A stretch of DNA of 64,000 nucleotides from Candidatus Cloacimonadales bacterium (GTDB lineage: Bacteria; Cloacimonadota; Cloacimonadia; Cloacimonadales; JAFGVF01). Location of the stretch: positions 1 to 64,000 of the forward strand of contig CAXXOU010000002.1 in NCBI GenBank assembly GCA_963677495.2, read 5' to 3'. Under the pieces are notes generated by a model. It had not been told where the DNA came from and ran no database searches. It was given only the letters and a program-made list of their open reading frames with translations. Numbering within the stretch: the first letter of the stretch is position 1; every line of letters begins with the position of its first letter. Positions 60,100 through 64,000 of the stretch are shown here, one piece after another. Position numbers and translations under genes: made by a program.

Positions 60100-62358
60100 T
60101 TATCTTCTTCTGTTATCTCTATCTCGTCCACCACGACGGTCTCTGTCACCACCACCACGTCTATTGTCATAACGACCTCTTCCACGGTCACGGTCTCTGT
60201 CGCTACGTTCCCTTGGTGGAGCTGGTTTTAAAGCTTCCTCGTCCGGCTCAGGATTTCCTTCAATACCTTTCATTGAAAGCTGAACTTTACCATTATCTGA
60301 ACCTGTGTATCTTACTTTTACTGTATCTCCTACAAACAAGTATGAAGCAGGGCTACTGATTCTTCTCTCATCAAGTTTAGAAACGTGAACAAGACCTTCC
60401 TTGCAACCACCCATGAACTTCACGAATACACCGTATGATTCTACACGTGTAATAAGACCTTCATAGATTGCGTTCATCTCAGGATCTCTATAAATGTTTC
60501 CAATCATCTCTTTAGCTGCATTCATACTAGCTGCATCGCTAGCAAAGATACGAACAAGGCCACTATCCTGTATATCGATTTCTGCCTGTGTCTGTTCGAT
60601 GATTGCTTTAATATTCTTTCCTCCAGGTCCAATAATCTCGCCTATCTTATCTGTAGGAACATTAATTGCCTCGATTGCTGGAGCGTATGCAGAAAGATTT
60701 TGTCTTGGTTCCGGAATAGCTTTATCCATCTGCTCAAGAATATGCATTCTGGCAACGTGTGCTTTCTGAAGAGCTAATGACATGATGTCTTTAGTTATAC
60801 CATCTATCTTGATATCCATCTGCATAGCAGTTATACCATCTTTAGTACCTGCAACTTTGAAATCCATATCACCAAGGTGATCTTCAAGACCCATGATATC
60901 TGTTAGAACAACAAAATCATCATTTTCCATAATAAGACCGTTAGCAATACCTGCAACAGCGGCCTTTATAGGTACACCGGCAGCCATAAGTGCTAAACTT
61001 CCACTACAAATAGTCGCCTGTGATGATGAACCATTTGATTCTGTAATTTCAGATACTACTCGGATTGTATAAGGGAAGTCATCTTTACTTGGCATTACTA
61101 TTGATAAGGCTCTTTCAGCAAGATTACCATGACCGAGTTCTCTACGTCCCGGACCTCTCATGAAGCCTGCTTCACCAACACTAAATGGTGGGAAGTTATA
61201 ATGTAAGAAGAAGTTTTTCTTATATTCCTCATCAAGCCCGTCAATAATCTGTTCGCCGGCAGCACTACCTAATGTAACTGCACCTAATGATTGAGTTTCA
61301 CCTCTTGTGAATAATGCAGTGCCATGAACTCTTGGAAGTACATCAATTTCACAAGTAATATCTCTGATATCATCTAATCCTCTGCCATCAACTCTGTGAT
61401 GATCAAATAGAATGGCATGACGAACAAATTTCTTTATGAGATCATGGTATCCGTTTGCAAACCATCTTTTCTGTTCTGCAAAATCATCTTCACTAAGTGC
61501 TTCTTCGTAATCAGCTAACATCTGCTCTTCGATAGCATCAAAAGCTTGGTTACGCTCTAATTTACCATCAATACCGGCTGCTTCTTTAACTTTAGCTCCA
61601 TACTTCTCTTCAAGGTCTTGCATGATTTCTTCAGGAACAAGGTCAAGCTTAGGAACTATCTTTTCTTTACCGGCAACTTCAATAAACTCAGTCTGCATCG
61701 CAATAACTTTCTTAATCTCTTCATGACCTGTATAAACAGCTTCAAGAAGTTGGTCTTCTGAAAGCTCATTTGCATGTGCTTCAATCATTACAATAGAGGT
61801 CTCTGAACCTGAAATTGTAAGGTTCAGTTTTGATTCCTCATGAAGCTTATCATTTGGAGGGTTTACAACAAACTGGTCATCTAAATAGCCAACTGTGATA
61901 CCGGCAATTTTTCCATTGAAAGGAATGTCTGAAATCCCAAGTGCAGCTGAAGCAGCTGAAACTGCCATGATACCAGGATCATTAATGCCATCATATGAAA
62001 GTACAGTTACAACAACATGAACTGCATTTCTGAATCCCTCAGGGAATAAAGGTCTGATTGATCTATCAACGATACGAGCGTTGAGTGTTGCATTAGTTGA
62101 AGGTTTAGCTTCACGCTTGAAAAAACCACCCGGAATCTTACCGGAGGCATACATCTTTTCTATGAAATCTACTGTTAATGGGAAGAAATCTGTGAACTCT
62201 TTTGGCTCTTTTCCCATTGTTGCTGTTACAAGAATTGTTGTTTCACCTTGTGTTGCTAAAACTGCTCCATTAGCCTGCTTAGCAATTCTACCTGTTTCAA
62301 AGGTTAACTTTGTTCCACAAAGATCCATCTCTTTTTTAATAATATTAAAATTATGCAT
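60100..62358 (-). CDS. pnp: Polyribonucleotide nucleotidyltransferase
   Basis: FFPLTV, GGFFKRE, FTRGETQ, RRELGHG, SNGSSS and [11 protein letters not shown] and S1 domains; start MHNF. Confidence 0.98.
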   Translation of the reverse strand: MHNFNIIKKEMDLCGTKLTFETGRIAKQANGAVLATQGETTILVTATMGKEPKEFTDFFPLTVDFIEKMYASGKIPGGFFKREAKPSTNATLNARIVDRSIRPLFPEGFRNAVHVVVTVLSYDGINDPGIMAVSAASAALGISDIPFNGKIAGITVGYLDDQFVVNPPNDKLHEESKLNLTISGSETSIVMIEAHANELSEDQLLEAVYTGHEEIKKVIAMQTEFIEVAGKEKIVPKLDLVPEEIMQDLEEKYGAKVKEAAGIDGKLERNQAFDAIEEQMLADYEEALSEDDFAEQKRWFANGYHDLIKKFVRHAILFDHHRVDGRGLDDIRDITCEIDVLPRVHGTALFTRGETQSLGAVTLGSAAGEQIIDGLDEEYKKNFFLHYNFPPFSVGEAGFMRGPGRRELGHGNLAERALSIVMPSKDDFPYTIRVVSEITESNGSSSQATICSGSLALMAAGVPIKAAVAGIANGLIMENDDFVVLTDIMGLEDHLGDMDFKVAGTKDGITAMQMDIKIDGITKDIMSLALQKAHVARMHILEQMDKAIPEPRQNLSAYAPAIEAINVPTDKIGEIIGPGGKNIKAIIEQTQAEIDIQDSGLVRIFASDAASMNAAKEMIGNIYRDPEMNAIYEGLITRVESYGVFVKFMGGCKEGLVHVSKLDERRISSPASYLFVGDTVKVRYTGSDNGKVQLSMKGIEGNPEPDEEALKPAPPRERSDRDRDRGRGRYDNRRGGGDRDRRGGRDRDNRRR

Positions 62359-62380
62359 TTCTGCTCCTTTTCTGATTTGT

Positions 62381-62457
62381 GTCAGTCGGGACAAAAAGCA
62401 ATAGATTAAAGTCATTGATGAATGAACTTAATGTATTGCTTAACACCCGATACTGAC
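62381..62457 (-). promoter_or_regulatory. Long stem-loop in the pnp leader (putative RNase III site)
   Basis: Imperfect inverted repeat with arms of about 37 nt between rpsO and pnp. Confidence 0.6.
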
Positions 62458-62483
62458 TTAACTGTAATTTAACGATTCAAAAT

Positions 62484-62508
62484 AAAAGGGGGATATAAAT
62501 CCCCCCTT
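62484..62508 (-). terminator. rpsO terminator
   Basis: aaaagggggat-ataa-atccccccTT hairpin. Confidence 0.75.
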
Positions 62509-62513
62509 CAACA

Positions 62514-62783
62514 TTATCTTCTTAAGCCTAATGCTTTTATAATAGCACGATATCTTTCAATATCTTTGTCCATAAGGTAATTAAGAAGTCTTCTACGTTT
62601 ACCAATCATTTTAAGTAAACCTCTTCTGGTAGAAAAGTCTTTCTTATGAACTTTCAAATGCTCGGTTATCTCTTTAATTCTTGTAGTTAAAAGAGCGATC
62701 TGAACTTCAGGACTTCCTGTGTCACCCTCATGGAGTTTAAACTCTGCCATGATAGCCAATTTGGCCTCTTTCTTCAACGCCAT
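62514..62783 (-). CDS. rpsO: 30S ribosomal protein S15
   Basis: [17 protein letters not shown]...RRGLL and LGLRR. Confidence 0.98.
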   Translation of the reverse strand: MALKKEAKLAIMAEFKLHEGDTGSPEVQIALLTTRIKEITEHLKVHKKDFSTRRGLLKMIGKRRRLLNYLMDKDIERYRAIIKALGLRR

Positions 62784-62958
62784 TTCGTTTCTCCTTTAGA
62801 TTTATGAAACTCCACTTAATTTTCGGCTCTATATTTGTAAAGAAAATTCTATCTATTATAGTGTTATTAGCTTGCTTGATCTAGTTGTGGTATTGTTAGA
62901 ATTAAGTGAGTTTCACATTCCTTATTTTATGACAATAGCAAGTATTTTTTAAAGGCTC

Positions 62959-63243
62959 TTATTGAAAATCTGGGAAATAATCAGCTAAATTAAATCCGTT
63001 AATGTAAACATCACATTCTAGTGTTGAATCTTGAATTTTTCGGATGGATCTAATTTCTACGCATTTATCCATAACCAGATACGATAGTCTTTTCTCGATT
63101 GATGTCTTTTGCCTTTCGTTTAGCTTAGAAATTTTGTACCCATTTATTTTAATGAGTGTCCCATACTGGGATTGATGTTTCCATCCCGGTTCAATTCTTA
63201 AAATATTCGAGTCTATAATTTCAACTACAATATGACGTCCCAT
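62959..63243 (-). CDS. Small degenerate thermonuclease (SNase)-like OB-fold protein
   Basis: Paralog of the next ORF (L.CDVY.NG.NLADYFP.F); catalytic motifs absent. Confidence 0.6.
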   Translation of the reverse strand: MGRHIVVEIIDSNILRIEPGWKHQSQYGTLIKINGYKISKLNERQKTSIEKRLSYLVMDKCVEIRSIRKIQDSTLECDVYINGFNLADYFPDFQ

Positions 63244-63348
63244 TAATTTGCCTGCCTAAAGTTAGTGACTAAATTTAGGTCACACTTGAGGTGAAGTCAA
63301 GTTAATATTTAGAAAACTGGTGATTAAAGACTGTTAATATGTTGTATT

Positions 63349-63633
63349 CTATTTGAATTCCGGAAAATAATCAGCTAAGTTGATTCCATTTAGATAAACA
63401 TCACACACAAGTCGCTCTTTCTCAACTCTGTATGCATGTCTTAATTCAACATGTTTACCCTTTATGAGATTTTTAAGTCTTCTAAGGGCAGACTTATAAA
63501 TTGGACTATCGCATCCGGGACAGTTGTAACCTGTAACTCTAATTCGTTGTCCCACGTCTCCTTGCCAATTCCAGGAAGGAGATACAATAAAAGTGCCTGG
63601 ATCAACAATATCAGTAACTTTGAATCTGCTCAT
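63349..63633 (-). CDS. Small thermonuclease (SNase)-like OB-fold protein
   Basis: V..IVDPGTF, RIRVTGYNCP, LK.LI.GK.VEL and RLVCDVY. Confidence 0.65.
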   Translation of the reverse strand: MSRFKVTDIVDPGTFIVSPSWNWQGDVGQRIRVTGYNCPGCDSPIYKSALRRLKNLIKGKHVELRHAYRVEKERLVCDVYLNGINLADYFPEFK

Positions 63634-63856
63634 ATTATTATTCCTCCTACAGAAAGTACTTACTGATTGTATTAGAATGTAAAAAGTGTCAATAGATATT
63701 TAGTTTAAATAAGCAATAATAAATACTTAGGAATGTTTTGATCCGGTAATAGTTTTGGGTTGCTATTTGTTAAATAGTACATTTTCAGAATAATTATGTA
63801 AATACGATATTGACAACAATCTAAAGGCGCATGATCTTGTTTGTGAGGAGCTTTAA

Positions 63857-64000
63857 ATGAAAAAGATTCATTTGTTAATTGTTGTTTTTATTCTAATCAC
63901 TTGCTTAAGTAAAGCTGAAAAAAAAGATCTTAAAATCGGATTGACTCTCAGTGGGGGAGGGGCAAAAGGTCTCGCTCATATTGGAGTATTAAAAGTTCTT
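63857..64000 (+). CDS. Patatin-like phospholipase, N-terminus only (truncated by the window)
   Basis: Signal peptide then KIGLTLSGGGAKGLAHIGVLKVL. Confidence 0.88.
   Translation, partial: MKKIHLLIVVFILITCLSKAEKKDLKIGLTLSGGGAKGLAHIGVLKVL

Noticed and set aside
60087..60191. N-terminal extension of AhcY overlapping pnp
   Set aside because: Alternative-frame read of the Arg/Asp-rich PNPase tail; homology starts at MDYKIK (60086)

Overview
Low-GC bacterial chromosomal window. It is most consistent with Cloacimonadota (inference, from secreted proteins with 'YPNPFNP...IFNIKGQ...SGVYFY' C-terminal domains and anaerobic amino-acid fermentation genes mce and iorAB). The core genes are valS, rnpB, tRNA-Leu-tig-clpP-clpX, dapD, an oxidative-stress cluster (dfx/rbr/rubredoxin), tadA-tRNA-Ser, nucleotide-sugar genes with a NusG paralog, ahcY, pnp and rpsO. 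Accessory content: a four-gene putative defence operon (RloA/RloB plus an alpha-solenoid and PD-(D/E)XK nuclease pair, Olokun-like); an AAA_21 ATPase/DUF4276-like cassette flanked by an exact duplication of a terminator; a frameshifted PEGA/FGE gene whose 3' end has the codon signature of a DGR variable region; and five LPP20-like lipoprotein paralogs around rnpB. The most unusual signal is non-coding: at least six dispersed elements of about 142-145 bp. They share terminal inverted repeats and near-constant length, but their interiors diverge and carry 11-bp-phased repeats. One of them, and a related longer element upstream of an orphan 150-aa gene, also carry a head-to-head DnaA-box palindrome. 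REP/REPIN-like mosaics fill several intergenic regions. No CRISPR array, transposase, integrase or reverse transcriptase is visible. All family assignments come from motif recognition, not database searches.
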